NCBI GenBank assembly: GCA_044892505.1
Contig: CM097882.1
Location: 555,706,001 to 555,754,471 of the forward strand
Length of the DNA: 48,471 nt
Direction: 5' to 3'
From: Schmidtea nova
Taxonomy: Eukaryota
The notes beneath the pieces are model-generated. The model was not told the DNA's origin and searched no databases. It saw nothing but the letters and a program-made list of their open reading frames with translations. Of the stretch, positions 1 through 14,110 are shown in pieces (the stretch's first letter is position 1; the number at the start of each line of letters is the position of its first letter). The translations under genes and the position numbers were made by a program.

Positions 1-559
1 TATTGTGTACAAATTTCTCATTTTGATGGTTAATATAAAATTAATTTTTTCTATAGTAAATTTTGCACAGGAATCTGTTGCCGGAAAATTATTTCTTGTA
101 AATAAAATTTAGTTACCTTTTGACTTTATTGTAGACATTTTTTGTTTAAAAATAATACAGACGGCATAAATATCTTTATCACTTTATTATTATTTTAAAT
201 ATAATAACAATGTTAGGGTAACATGAAATTTTTTTAAAGACAATAGATTACAATTCTTTTCTTAAAACCCAAATTTTAGACACTGCCTTTTCTGGAAATA
301 AACCCTTAAAAAGCAGAGCCGAAGTATCGGTTTCCAACGAGAACTGCTTTAAAAATGAAAGCATCTAAAATGAAAAAAAGTTTAAGTTGAGAAATATTAA
401 AGATGTTAATGATGGTTACATAAAATTGTAATCAATCAATTTAAATTAAATTAATTTAGAAATAATAATTTTACATTAAAGATAAAAAAAATTATTTTAC
501 GGGAAAAATATGAAGCAATTGATAATTTAAAAATCTAACATGTAGAAAATAATTTCAAA

Positions 560-2130
560 TTGAAGGGTCTCATAAGAGGTGTAAAAATAAAAATACAAAC
601 TAAAGAATTTCACGAGAGGAAAATAATGTTAGTTTAAGATTAGAAATATCAGAATTGGGATACATAAGATTAACAGATATTATCTTGTAGGATCAAGTTG
701 TTAGATTAATTCTTCCAAAGGGTTCACAATCAGCAAATTTGTATAGACTTTCAAAGGTTCATAAAAAAAGTACCTATGAGACATATTTTATCAATGGTTG
801 GTACTGCAAAATAGTAGAGAGCAAAATATTTGTATGGTTTATTAAAACCTTTAATGTAATCAGAGTTTTAATGTAAGGATAGTTTAAAATTTGATTCATG
901 TATTGCAAAGTTGAATAAAAATAATGTTTATGAGTATATGGTTTAATTTGATGTGTGTAGTTTGTTTACTAATGACGCATTAGTGGAAACAATTGATTTA
1001 TGTTGTGAATTGTGGAATTAAAATGTTGCTGAACATCATCCGTTGAATGGAAGTGCGCTTCGTAAACTTCTAGAGTTTGCTACTTCCAAAATTAATTTTC
1101 TTTTCAATAATGAATGGTATCAACAAATAGATAGAGTGGCTACGGGTTCTCCCTTAGAACCAACGATGGCTTAAATTTTTCTAGCAAGTTTAGAAAAGAA
1201 AACTACTTCTTTCCTATTTGAAAACGAATTTTATGTAAAAGATATGTGGATAATATTTTTCTTATATAAAAAATCCAGATCATGTGCAGCCATTTTTAAA
1301 TTATATGAATGGTTTACATAAAAACATCGCGTTCACGCTTGGAACTGAAAATAAATCATCGATAGCGTTCTTAGAGCTGGTAATCAAACGCAAGGATGAA
1401 CAGTATGATACATAGATTTATAGAAAACCAACTGATACTGGTCTTTATTTTTTTATGTGAGTTTAAATATGAGAAATATGGTAAAAGGGTTGATTTATCG
1501 ATCATGGTGTTTATGTTCTACTTTAAAAAATTCTGTAAAAAAGTATAGATAATCTAGTGAAACTGTTAATAAAGAATGGTTATTCAAAACGATCTTTGAT
1601 GAGGATGAAATGAGAGACGATTGATAATTGTTTAATAATTCTAAGGATCCTTGTAAGCGTGAATGTAATAAAACTCATATTTTGATTGATGAAATGAATA
1701 GCAGTATAGGATCTATAAAAACAAGAAAATTCAAAATTCAGGATGGTATTGCCGTATTTTGATGGGTTTAAAGACTATAAAATGAAGATAGAAAAGCAAT
1801 TGAGCGGTTTAAACTTTAGGATTATCTTCGATTCGGGCAAAGTAAGATGTATGTTCGCAAACTCTGGTTGGATTGTGTTTAGATCTCGTTATCAATATAC
1901 ACGTAATGAGTGTAATGCACCCACATTGAAGAGACTGCCCGTCATTTCTGTAGAGGGGCTCTTAAACATGGTCGACTGAAGGGTGAATTCAATATTAGTG
2001 ATCATGAAAACATCTGTCACAGAAAAATTGGCATGTCTGATTTTAAAATCTTATTAAAACTATTAATAATCATTATGAACGCATTATATGTGAAGCGTTG
2101 TTGAAAAAATCTTTAAATTTAAAAATTAAC
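560..2130 (+). mobile_element. Decayed Penelope-like retroelement (RT plus GIY-YIG endonuclease)
   Basis: Fragmented frames give LPKGSQ..LYRLSKVHKK, QIDRVATGSPLEP, FL..VIKRK...IYRKPTDTG, and YQY..NECNAP..ETARH...SDH...DFKIL (GIY-YIG). Many stops and frameshifts; ends approximate. Confidence 0.82.
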
Positions 2131-3898
2131 GTGCATTTTGAATGTTTTTAAATAGTCTGTGTGTTAGTATTGGTGTTTTGTTGTATTGATTAAATTGAAT
2201 GATGAAATTGGTTTTACTTTAATTAAATAAATAAAATCTTTTTAAATCCTTTTGAAATTAAAAAATCTTGTAAATAACTAATCATTTAAAATTAATTTGT
2301 GTATAGATTTTTAATAAATTAAAAAAATATTTTGAAATAATATTTAAAAATTTAAAATCTTTATCTTATTATATTTTATAATTTGTTTCTATAAATTGAA
2401 TATCACATAGTATTTTTTTCTAGATACCAGAAGATAGTAGTGAGTTTGTAGAAATATATAGTTTGGATGTTATATAAATGACATTTTTCAATAATAATAA
2501 TAATATTATTAATTTTTATACATTTTCATAATAATAAACAATTTAATTTGAACGAACAAATAACTATTTAAAATAAGGTACAGTGAACTACTATGTGACC
2601 CACCGACATGGAAGAATATTTCTTTTATTGGCAGACTGTGTTAGACTAATTAAAATGAATATTAAAAAATAATAATAAAACAAATTAAATAACTTACAAA
2701 TTAAATTTTATTTTATTAGACTATCTATCATACAAAGTAAAAAACCTATCTACTATTTATGTTAAACTGAGATAAATCAAGAAAATTTGTTTGTAATTTT
2801 GTCATCCACAAATATTTACAAGTGTTACTGATTATCCTGGTTCAAACAGTTAAAATATAGACTAGGTTTCTTTGCTTTTTTTTGAGTTTTATTATTAAAA
2901 TTGCAGTACATTTCTGTATATATCTTAAAAATTTGTCAAAATTGTAGAAAGGGTTTTTCATACGTTTTTCAGCAGTAAAAATAAACGACGTTAAAGTGTA
3001 TTTTGAACAAAAATTACAATTGTAACTAATTATAAAATTTGAATCAAACTTTGAATTTGTATGCTAATTTATGCCACAGAACTTTGATGACAAATAATAT
3101 AGAAATTGAAAACACTCACATGTATGGCAGTGGTGTGCTAACGATTCATAAAATCTCTATAATGCTCATCAATGAATAGACAAAAATACAACAAATTTTC
3201 AAAGATTTATACAAACTGTCAATGAATTTCCATCGCTTTCATGTTCAAAATAAAAGTATCTATTTGTTTATTTTTGTGTTTTTATTTTTATTTTCTATCC
3301 TGCTTGTATACAGCATTGTAGGCCGTAATAGAAGATCTGCAAATTTTATTCATTGTTAGTACACTGCTAACACACAGGTGAGTTTATTTTTATTAGAATT
3401 GTATTTTTGGGATCTTTGACGAATCTTTGACCAAAACATGCCCTTAAAGATCATTTAAATGACAATGTACGATAAATTATTTGGCTATACAAAACAGATG
3501 TGGAGGATAACATTTTCAGATTCAATGTGTACAGTTTTAGATGTACGCAAGCATTATATAAGTGGCATGTTAAAAACGAATATTAAATACATACAAATCG
3601 ATTCTCCCTCATCAAACCTACAAACGATCACACAATGGTTTGGACTACTACAAATTTCATGTTAGTGTGACGTATGAATTGTCTACTTATTACCGTTGAA
3701 TTCTCATGGACAATTTCCCTATTACAAGTCGGTGTGTACATCAAATATGACTTGTTAATTTTATATTTAAATCCGCAATTTTCGAAATTACTTAAACAAT
3801 ATTTATTTAAGAAATTCAAATCCAAAATTAAGAAATTACAAAACTTTTTAAGTACTTCCAAATACATAATCTAAAAAGGCATTACTATTAGTTTAAAC

Positions 3899-4113
3899 CA
3901 GCGTTTTCCAAGCTGGGAGGCGTGGACTAGTCTAAGATGAGGCCCGAAAATTAACCAGGATTGACAAAAAAGTGCACGTGCAGCTAATACAATACGTAAC
4001 ATATAATCATAACATATTTAACTTAATAAATTTTTTAGTACTAAAAATTTTGTGTTTGTAGTATTTTATAAAATGGAAGAGATGCGTGGTAAAATAAAAT
4101 TTGGAAACCACTG
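3899..4113. mobile_element. hAT (Buster/Charlie-type) MITE, 215 bp
   Basis: TIRs cagcgttttccaa / ttggaaaccactg; 8-bp TSD gtttaaac (3891-3898) and gtttaagc (4114-4121). Confidence 0.75.
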
Positions 4114-5224
4114 GTTTAAGCTATATTATTGATACAGAACAAGCATGCTTGCTTAATGTGATTGCACGCAAACATTGCCGCGCCAGTCATCAATTATTTG
4201 TGTCACAGTTATCCGATCATATAACAGCTTCCAAGTACATAACTTTATAAGCTTATATTTTATTTTAATCTCACGAATAAATAATATTGCCTACATCGGA
4301 GAATTTTATTTATAATCATTTTAAAATTATATGAAAATAAGATTTTCACCATTACTTTTATTGAATTTATCTCACAGTTAAAATAGGTCACGATTAATAA
4401 AAACTAAAATTTATTTTAATTTTTTCCAGCATCTTGAAAAAAATCGATGCAATATAATTTAAAAACTAAATCGTAAGATTTTCTCTTTTCCTTTTCGAGA
4501 CAACTCAGAGTAGAGTTTTCTGGCACATTTTTAAAAAATGTTATTGACCATATTTTTTTAAAATAATTGCTGTTATTAATTCTTTAAAAAAATATTTCTT
4601 ATTTGTATGATAAAAATATTGTGAGCTTGCATTTAATCCTTACTGTGTGCTGAGTTTGTATGTTTTATTTATATTTTCTACCATTTATCTATGATATATA
4701 GTAAAACTAATAACCAATATATCACAAAATCTACATCCAGGTGAGTTTGTAAGTTAGTTACAATATGGCTTGTCGGTTTTATTTTAATATCGACGGCTTT
4801 TATGAGACTTACAAGATGAAGCAGATTTAATTTGAAAACGGTTTATCAATTCTAAAAATTGTACTAAAATTTATTTCTTAATTAAATATTTTAAAATGTT
4901 TTTCTACTGTAACAAAGTATTGAAAGAATCAGATCTAATTTGTGGATTATTGGTGGACCAGCGATGGAGACTGCAAAGGAAACAATTTATTATACTTCAT
5001 AAGATGTCATTAAATTATAGAAGTAATAATAAAAACTTAGTTTCACTTTAAGATTGTTATACATCTCATATATTTTGTTACACATTGATATATTTGAATA
5101 AAACAAAAATTTAATTTTTAGAAAATTATTATTCACAGATATTTCAAAAAATTTAGTTTTTATTAATTAAAAGAATTATGTTATATTTTTTTAAAGTTGA
5201 GAATTTGAATAAAATTTCATTTAC

Positions 5225-5348
5225 CTTACTATGAGGAGGAATAGAGGGTCGTTCCATGGCAAGAGTAATACAATTTAAAGTAATAAAAAATAGCACCAGA
5301 TAATCAAAACACTTTTTGTCCACAATGTGTTGACATCTCTGTCGAAAT
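5225..5348 (-). CDS. Cav3: T-type Ca channel exon, domain III S1
   Basis: ttaag|(G)[41 protein letters not shown]|gtaaat; [18 protein letters not shown] is the Cav3 IIIS1 signature. Not in the ORF track. Confidence 0.96.
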
Positions 5349-6929
5349 CTTAATTGTTAAATTATAATAAAATAATATGCAATAATAAAATATAAAAATA
5401 AAACAAATATATTCAATCTTTGATTTTATTAAATATATAAGTATTAATAAAAGATATTCAATGGCCATGTACTAAAAGAAAATCAAAAGTTTACATCATA
5501 ATTCTACATTTTTTTATTATTTAGTAACTTAAATCTTAATTCTTCCGGACAAGAACTTTGTGCGACCATGTTTTTATTTACTGATTTTTTTTATTAATTT
5601 TGTTCAGAATTATAACAGACATTTTCTATTTTCATGTAACAAAAAACGTCATTTAAAAATATATTTCTTTACTACATATATTTCGATAGATTATATGTCA
5701 TCTTCACTTTACAATGAATGTTAGTCAGAAAATTTAGTAACTTAAGAAACAATGATTATCATGCGTAAAATAAAATTAATTAATGTTTGATTTTAAAATT
5801 TTAAGTCACATGAATTTGAAAGATGGAAAATAAAAACACCTAAAAAAGGCGGTGTCAAATATTCGTGTAGAATGGAAAACAATAAACTGACATCTACCCA
5901 AGAATGTACTTAATACAATGCATCTCATTTCTCAAAGGTTCACAAATCAGATCATCCGTTTAGAGCGCGTAATGTTTTAAAATCCAAAAATATTGTTAAA
6001 ACAACGAAGGATTTCTAAAATAAAAGTTAGGCGCTGACATTATTTCATCGTACAATAGACTAATTAATACATAATCGGCAATATCCTTGTTCAATCTATC
6101 TTTGGTAACGTTCACGTGATTTTTGTGTAAACTGGACAAGTTTAAATGGACCCGGATGTATTTAATTGAATTCGTCAATACATTTCGTTCAGTACATTTG
6201 ACATCAGGTCACAAATGTAGGTGTGCATGGTTTAAATGCTATACATATTTCTCTGCTTAAATATTTGGCTGCATGTTACAAATGTGTATGCATGCATGCC
6301 TAAAATACTCTACATATTTCTCTGTTTATAGCAGATATAAATCGTAAATGGTGCATTTCTTTAAGTTAAAGGTCATATTTCTGTACTGCAGGGAACACAT
6401 ATTCACATTTGCATTATTTATAAATGCCCCATATTGCACGGTACTAGTATAGTGTGTTAAAAAAATGGTTAAATCTATTTACCGGTGTATTATAAAACAT
6501 TTATTATATTATAAATTATTAATTCTTAAAAAGAATTTCGGGCTCGCGCTTGATTACGTTTCATTTAGCAACTATTAGCAATGAGAATTAGGGAAATATT
6601 TCATGGATATTTCATTTGCTCTTTTATTTCCGATAGCATTAAAATCATTTTAAAACAGGTATATTATCCTGTAAATTTAAAACCTGAAATTATTTTAATA
6701 AGGAAAAAACATTCAAAATGAAAAACGTACTGATTGTCTACCGAAAATACATAAAGAGAATGATAATAACGTTTGGCGAATATTCCTTTCGGCTGCGGAC
6801 AACATTTTGAGAGACAAATCTAAAGAAATTATAATGCATGTGAAAAATCAAATTAAATGATATTATGCATTATTTATTATAGTCTTCTCATTTTTTAATA
6901 AGATTATTACCACACAAAGGTCCAGAGTT

Positions 6930-7556
6930 CAGAGCCGGCTCAAAGTTCGGGACTCCGCGGACTTTCCACGAGGCCCCGTGCTTTCATATTCTAACAGTTA
7001 TTAGTAACTAAGCAAATTTTTGACACCGAATGCAAAGTCTTTTACGAGTCGGATGTTAACGTATATCTTTCCCTGCATTTTTAATATCAATGATCCGTAA
7101 AATCTTGACTATAATACGCATTTTTTCACAATTTAGTCAGCAATTATTCCCAATACATATATACTACGTATCATTGAGAATTATGGTAACAACGTCTGTT
7201 TCAGTAGCTTCCGCTGAACGAAGTTTTTCCAAATTAAAGTTATTTAAAAATTGTCTAAGATCAACCATGCAACAAGATAGGTTAGAGGCGGTGGCTATGT
7301 TGTCCAAAGAGCTGGATGTAACAAAACAGATAAAGTTTTGATGATATTATTGGAGAATTAGCAGTAAAGAAAGTGTTTACGAAATATTAATAAAAAAATA
7401 TAATGTTTATGTATGTATATTATTGTATATATTTAAGAAAAAAAATTTCATTAAATGAATTGATCAAATTATGTTCAGCTATCATTTCTTCTTTTTTGGG
7501 AAGGGGCTCTCATATAATATTTTCCCGAGACCTCACAAGACCCACAGTCGGCCCTG
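6930..7556 (+). mobile_element. Non-autonomous hAT (Ac-type) deletion derivative retaining the C-terminal dimerisation domain
   Basis: TIRs cagagccggc / gtcggccctg; TSD ccagagtt / tcagagtt; ORF 7090-7341 has VSVASAERSFSKLKLFKNCLRSTMQQDRL (hATC motif). Confidence 0.88.
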
Positions 7557-8639
7557 TCAGAGTTAATCTGAATTTCTACATTTCAAAAATATATTTCGAT
7601 CGGAAAAAGCACAGACCAGACTCAGGAGAAGGAGCATTACTTTCGAACAATATAAAGAACAAATACTTTTTCAATAATTACACTGTTTACAAATTATGTA
7701 CCAAATTTATTGTTTTCGCTTTATTTTCATATGAAAATAAAAAGAATATTATTTTGTGAATGTGTAATATTCTACTAAAATATCCTTAAGTCATTTGACT
7801 TAATTTTGGCATAGTTGTTTTTCTCTTTCACTAAACCAAAAACTTAAGATACCAATCTTCTATTTTTGTGTTGCGAATAATTCTTATATGACCTCTAAAA
7901 GACTTAATAGCTTCCCATAAAACTGATACCAAGGCCAATTAATTTAGTTTCAAGTAAGATGGTTTAGAGTAGTTCAATGTATAAAAAGGGTATATGTCTG
8001 CAAAAAATTCACGAGTAAAACTTCTAAAAAAATAAATATCATTTTAATAAGAAATTTGTATTCAAAATATATATTTTATCAAATGTTCTTAAATAAATAA
8101 AATCGTAATAAATTTATCACGAAACTTTTTCATATTACATATGTAATTATGACAAAAGAATTACACTTGATTAACAATTAAAATTACAGCACATCCGTTT
8201 TATTGTATTTGAGTATAATTTTTAATAAATAAATTAGTAAAAAAAAAATTATAATAAAAATAACAAAACTTTTTTTTATTAATAAGTTCTTTATTCTTCG
8301 TCACATTTCCTTTTTTTCGTTTTGATTTATTTTCATTTTTAGACATTAGATTAAAAAATTATTTTTCACTTGTCTAAAGAATAAAAATGTATAAAAATTT
8401 TATAAGCATTTTTGATCAAAAATCAAAAAAAAAATACCAAAACGTTTATTGAAAGTTATAATAATAATGACGATAACGAAAAAAGAGAAAAGATCTTTAC
8501 TACTAATAAAAATGCAGAAAATATAATTGAAACACATTTTTTAAAAAAATAATGGGAATTTTAAATAAATAAAAAATTAAACTGTAGCATGCCAACAAGA
8601 ATAAAATGACAACATTTTGTCGTAAACAATCGTTTCTAC

Positions 8640-8827
8640 CCATAATAATGATAAATTAAGTAATTGGAAAATAGTTCTCTTTTGAGTAAATGGTTTCCCC
8701 TGAGCCCATTTTGCTGATAACAATTTAGGATTTTACCATTAAACATTGAAAGTGGTGTCATTAAGTAGGCTTGTTTGCCTAAAGTGACAATATCCAATAA
8801 AAGCGTTTGCAATAAGCTAGTAATAAG
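8640..8827 (-). CDS. Cav3: T-type Ca channel exon, distal II-III linker
   Basis: ctccag|LITSLLQTLLLDIVTLGKQ...KRELFSNYLIYHYY(G)|gtagaa; phase 0 to 2 bridges its neighbours. R..FS.YL.......FR spacing into the next exon matches the Cav3 pre-IIIS1 segment, but sequence similarity is weak. Confidence 0.6.
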
Positions 8828-10700
8828 CTGGAGAAAGTAAAAAACCAAATATAAATAAAAGAATTAACAAATGAATTAATCAAAAGCACAAAACAATAAT
8901 TTGTTGTGGAACCGAATCATTGAAATTTTAAGATAAAAAGATCATATTATTTTTTTCTTAAAAATTTATTGGGACACAAGTACATTTCGAAAATAATAAT
9001 ACTAAAATGAATTTAAATAAATAATTTCAAGTAAAAATTTAAATACAATTTCAATTCCGTTTATTTTCATTCTTTCTGGCTAATGATTAAATTATGTTCA
9101 ATTTAATATAAAATTTAAACACTTCTTTTTTAAATGTTAATAAAAAATGCATTATCGAAAATTTCTGTTAAATTATAAACATTTTGAACAATAGTCTAAA
9201 TACATAAAAATAAACGATATCGTAAATAAATGATTAAATGTGAAGAAGATATGATATTTTAAATAAAATTTGTTTTAAATAAATAATGATAATTTTTATG
9301 CCTTGCAATCTATATTTAGTTCATCCTGAAAAACGAATCAAAACACAGCGGATTCCTATTCTAAATGACTCAGCAACAAAATCCATAACTCAATCATATT
9401 TTGATGAATTAAACTGTGCTTTCATGTTCAATGGCATTATTTTTCATAATCCTTAATAGTTATTCTATAATTGGTAGAAAATACAACCTTCGACATGTAT
9501 GGGTTAAAAAGAAAGATTGCATAACTATTATATCGAACACCAGATTGTTATACAATGAGAACATGACAATTACAACATTATATAAAATGATCTCATTAAG
9601 GTTTCGTAATAGCTCTGTGATAAAGTAGTGATTACATACAAAAAGTACATATGTAATAGTCTTAATATTATTAACCATTTAACAGTTTACCCCGAGCGTC
9701 ACTCGAGTAGAATGCTTGTTATTGTACTGACTATTCTGAGTGTAATTTTAACCAGTCGGTTCTTGCTTGCATTAAATACACTTGCACGCTTGCTTATTTA
9801 TCTTTTATCAATCATTTTTGCATACTTTTATTTGGTGAAAAATATGCTATTTTTTGTTAATCTGGATTTAAATAATTGAACTGGTAAGTGGTTAATAATA
9901 TCTTAAATCGTAAGCTATTTAGCTTAGGGTTGACTAACACTTCAAACAAAGAACTAATTTTCCCAATAAATAAAAAGAGCAAATTTAAATAAACATTTAA
10001 TTACTAGGCGGTTTCATAAGGTTTAGGCTACATCAGAAAAAGACAAATATTTTTGAAAAATTCAATTATATTATTCAATACCCAAAAGTTAACTCCAAAG
10101 AGGAAGTTAGCGAAATAGCCCACTTACTACCTATTTAAATAAAATATTTTCGTTCTACAAATGAGAAAGAAAAAAAGGAAAAAAAACAAAATGAACAGAA
10201 AATATATGGGCATTAAAAAAGATAATGTAAAATATTTTCATATATAATTAAATAAGTTTTCAAATTTAATAAAAGGTTAGAAAATTGGAATGTAATATAC
10301 AAACTTAATTAAAAAATTATATTTTAGAAAATATAATTTTATATTTTGAAATTGAGAAGATTTCTTTTAAAAAAAGTAGAAGATTTATATTTATTCTAAA
10401 AATTTTAAATTTTCTAGTTTTATCTTTTATTTTAAATTTTTAACTAAAAGAATTTTAAAATTTAAAATTTATATTTTTCAGATTTACATCCAATAATAAA
10501 AGAGATAATTCACGAGTAAGGAACAGCAATACACAGTGAATATTCCAGATATATTTTGAATTAGGGATTGATAAAAATTATTTTATAATAGAAAATTTTC
10601 ACTTAATAAATTATTTTGCAGCAAAGGCTTATTTTGTTATTTATTAATTATTTAATATTATTATTATTGTTATTATATTGTTATTATTTATTATCATTAC

Positions 10701-11064
10701 CATTGCATCAATGTCTTCTTCATCTGGATCCTCAGCATTATTCATTCTAGAAGAATTTTGCGATTCAGAATTCGTATCATTAGGTTCTTCTAAGGCTTTT
10801 TCACGTGTCAAAAGATAATTCATTTTAAATTGATAATTTGATTTCCCCTCGCTATCTAATGAAAGACTATATCTATTAGAATATGGAATAGTTAACTGAT
10901 TGATTTTGTTTTTATATGCCATAAAGCTTTTGAAAGACGACTGCCTGCTTATCGATTTTTCATCTGTTTCTGAAATACTTTTCTTTTCCTCTAACAGAAT
11001 TTTGCTCCGATCACTGTTGACACTACCCATGAAACTGTTGACTGAACCTTGACGTAGTAAAATA
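10701..11064 (-). CDS. Cav3: T-type Ca channel exon, Ser-rich II-III linker
   Basis: tttcag|(S)ILLRQGSVNSFMGS...EDPDEEDIDAM|gtaatg; 364 nt, phase 2 to 0, inside ORF 10644-11090. Confidence 0.8.
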
Positions 11065-11131
11065 CTGAAATTAGATTTATACATCAACAAGATTCATGAC
11101 AAAGTCAATTTTTATTAAAAAATTTGACTAA

Positions 11132-11687
11132 CCCTTTAAGGACGGGATTTTTTAAAAGAAAGTTTTTAAAAAAATAAAACGGTTTTTTATTCAAAAGTTT
11201 ATTTTTGTATGATAAATTTTAAAACAATCAGCGTCACAACAATCATTACAATCAAACCTTGATCGCTTATTTGCAAGTTTTTTTGATCCTGTTGTACAAA
11301 CTATGCATTTTCTTTGGCCGGTAGTGTTTTGATTGTTCTTTTCAATGTAAAAAGTGTCTTGAAGATAAACGAAGAGGATTAGATATTCTTGGTCTACCAA
11401 CACTTGTTTTACGCATTGAACCGTATTTGGTGAAAATTTGTTCAATAACATCAAGTTTATATTTATTAAATGATAAATTTACTGGATTTCTCATTTTGTA
11501 TATTTGTATGCATTAAAAATAGCAATATCAATTAAATAAAGTGCAAACTTTTTTAAAGTAGGTCATGCTATATATCAAAATGTGCATCTTTTAAATATCT
11601 TTCAAACGATTCTTAAATAAATAAAAATTGTTAATCCGTTCTCAAGATATTTGAGTTACTATATATAGTACGCCCGTCCTGAAAGGG
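11132..11687 (-). mobile_element. Non-autonomous piggyBac derivative, 556 bp
   Basis: TIRs ccctttaaggacggg / cccgtcctgaaaggg (14/15); flanks ctaa / ttaa; ORF 11191-11454 ends in the Cys-rich RKCIVC...RFDCNDC..DCFKIYHT domain. Confidence 0.88.
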
Positions 11688-12865
11688 TTAAAATCTTTTT
11701 CATGCACACATGCACGCATGCATCTATGTCACTTGATTTTTCATAATTATTTTTCCATGATTTTTTTTCAAATGTGCAAAAGATAAGAGGAGCTTTTGTA
11801 AATAATAAATAAGAATCTTATATAATTGCCCTAATGGTCAATTCATGTTTAGTTTAAGTATTATATATAAATGTAATTTTATGATTAGTTTACATATTTT
11901 ATAATAAGGCCTTTATATATTATATAATTATTTATTTTGATGGCTTGTCTAAATGAAATAGTTGTTGGTAAGGAAGCGAAAAATAATCGGCAAAAAATAC
12001 TCCACAAAAAAGCACTCGGCAAAAGATTCTCGACAAAAATTCTTCGATAAAAAACATTCATAATTATTAATTTCATAATTTTTTCATTCATAATTTTTAA
12101 AATTTAAATAGGGTTCTGATATATTTTTTAATTCAATAATTTTCACATAATTTATTTTTAGTGGGTAGGTACACACTTGATAAAGGTTGTGTCGAAATAT
12201 CGTGTACCTAACAAGCAAAATAAAATTTGATCTATAGTCATACAAAAATTAATATGAAAATGATTGAATTGAAAAATTAGATCAAAGTTGAAATCAAAAG
12301 ATAACTCTAATTTATTGTCAAATTGTTATTATTTTTTATATTTTGTAGGTAAACTAAATATATTTATTTTATCTATCTTTTTATATTAAATGTTAATATT
12401 CAATATAAAAGGCTCATATTTAATGTCCGTTTTATTAAACACGCTCGTAATTTTACTTGGGTTTTAAACATTATTGTTCCGGTGGGAATTATTTTTCTCT
12501 AAATAAATCTTTTAATTATTTTTATTAACTTTAACAATTTTAACATTTGTTACTCTTATACAATTATTGAACTAATTCAAACAATTTCACTAATTATTAG
12601 TAAATTATTTTAAACCAATCTTTATAATTAGAGTTTTAACCAATGAAAATTCAACAAATACTAAAATCTTTTATTTTTTGCCCCATTGATGTAGTAGTCA
12701 TAAATTCGTTTTTTCTCACTCGTTTATGCAAAAATAAAAATATATGCAAAATAAAAACCATACTAATCTAAAGATAAAGAGAATGAAAATAAAAGAAATA
12801 GTGATTCAAAAAATAAATAAAGATTTAATAATTAACAAATTATTACAAAATTAATTTAAACTTAC

Positions 12866-13000
12866 CTGGATGGTATGATAAAATTGGACCTATTTGCAGC
12901 GTAGGGAATGGGAATCGAAACTAACTTTACGTTTAACCCATTCGACATTGGGCTTTTCTCAATAGGAATATGATGCTCAACAAATAATGAACTATCTAAA
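12866..13000 (-). CDS. Cav3: T-type Ca channel exon, II-III linker
   Basis: cttcag|(N)LDSSLFVEHHIPIEKSPMSNGLNVKLVSIPIPYAANRSNFIIPS(S)|gtaagt; 135 nt, phase 2 to 2, stop-free, consensus donor. Confidence 0.7.
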
Positions 13001-13051
13001 CTGAAGCATGGAAATTATTAGAAGAAAATCATTGGTATTGTATTAACAAAC

Positions 13052-13095
13052 TTTTGTTTTGCATTTAACACATTTGGTGTCATTGACACATTCTC
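13052..13095 (-). CDS. Cav3: T-type Ca channel small exon, II-III linker
   Basis: ttgcag|ENVSMTPNVLNAKQ(N)|gtttgt; 44 nt, phase 0 to 2, followed by a 51-nt intron; keeps the frame. Confidence 0.6.
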
Positions 13096-14110
13096 CTGCA
13101 ATATCGTAGAGTTTATATTTCTACTTGAAGTCTAAATTAAGTTATAATTCAACAGTAAAAGTACCAGGATCAAGGTGTTGTATAACGACAATTTATTATC
13201 AATTTCAGTTATTAATGCATAAAAGGTTGTCACAACCCAAACCCTAAAACTAGTATAATGGTACCACTTGTCGATAACGAAAGTATCTATGTTTTACTCT
13301 GGATACCATAAAAATTGACAACCCCTATTCATATAAAGCTGAATTAACCTAAAGATTCACCAAGTAAACTTTCAAAGAACTTATATTCAAACATTGACAT
13401 TACAAACTTTATGTAAGAAAATTACATTAATTCGAACTCGTCAGAAAAAAATCGAAAAGATTGTGAAAATTAATGAAAATTGACAAATTTAATTCCGAAC
13501 AAAAAAGTCCCCACATTTCGGCGAAGAAGGATAATGAGTGCCAACGTGAAAGAAAATATACATCAAATAGAATTAAATTTATTAGAGATCTATAAAAGAA
13601 AATAAATGCAAAAATATAAATAAATAAAACAACAAGTGCATTTGAAGACGACAAAATAAGATGGATAAAACAAAAAGGGAAAAACATCAACCAGAGGATT
13701 ATTCGAAAGATAATTTCCCTTTGACCTAAAAAACAACTTTAAAAACCTAACAGTCGTGAAAATCTTTTATTTTGTGGGATTGCTAAATAAGATATTTGAT
13801 GGGATTAGTATTCGAAATGAAGTTTCACAATTGTTGGGTCCTTCTCATTAAATAGCACACCAGTCAAAATTCTTTTCAAAAAGACAATTTCTGGGTTGAA
13901 GTATTTCATTCTTAGAAGATTTCCGTAGATCTTATATAACTTTCAATTGATCTTCAACAAAGTTGTTTTGACAAATGAGAAGACAGTTACTAACCGTGGG
14001 GTAGACATTACAGAATAATAAGCATAATATCAGAATTATCTTTTTGTTTCACCTTTGATCTTCTTTTAATATTAATATCAATAATTCCCATAAGACTATA
14101 GATGAAAATT

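Noticed and set aside
6425-6448. Helitron-like 3' end (gcacgg..CTAG|T)
   Set aside because: Hairpin is poor; no 5' TC end or Rep/helicase recognised.
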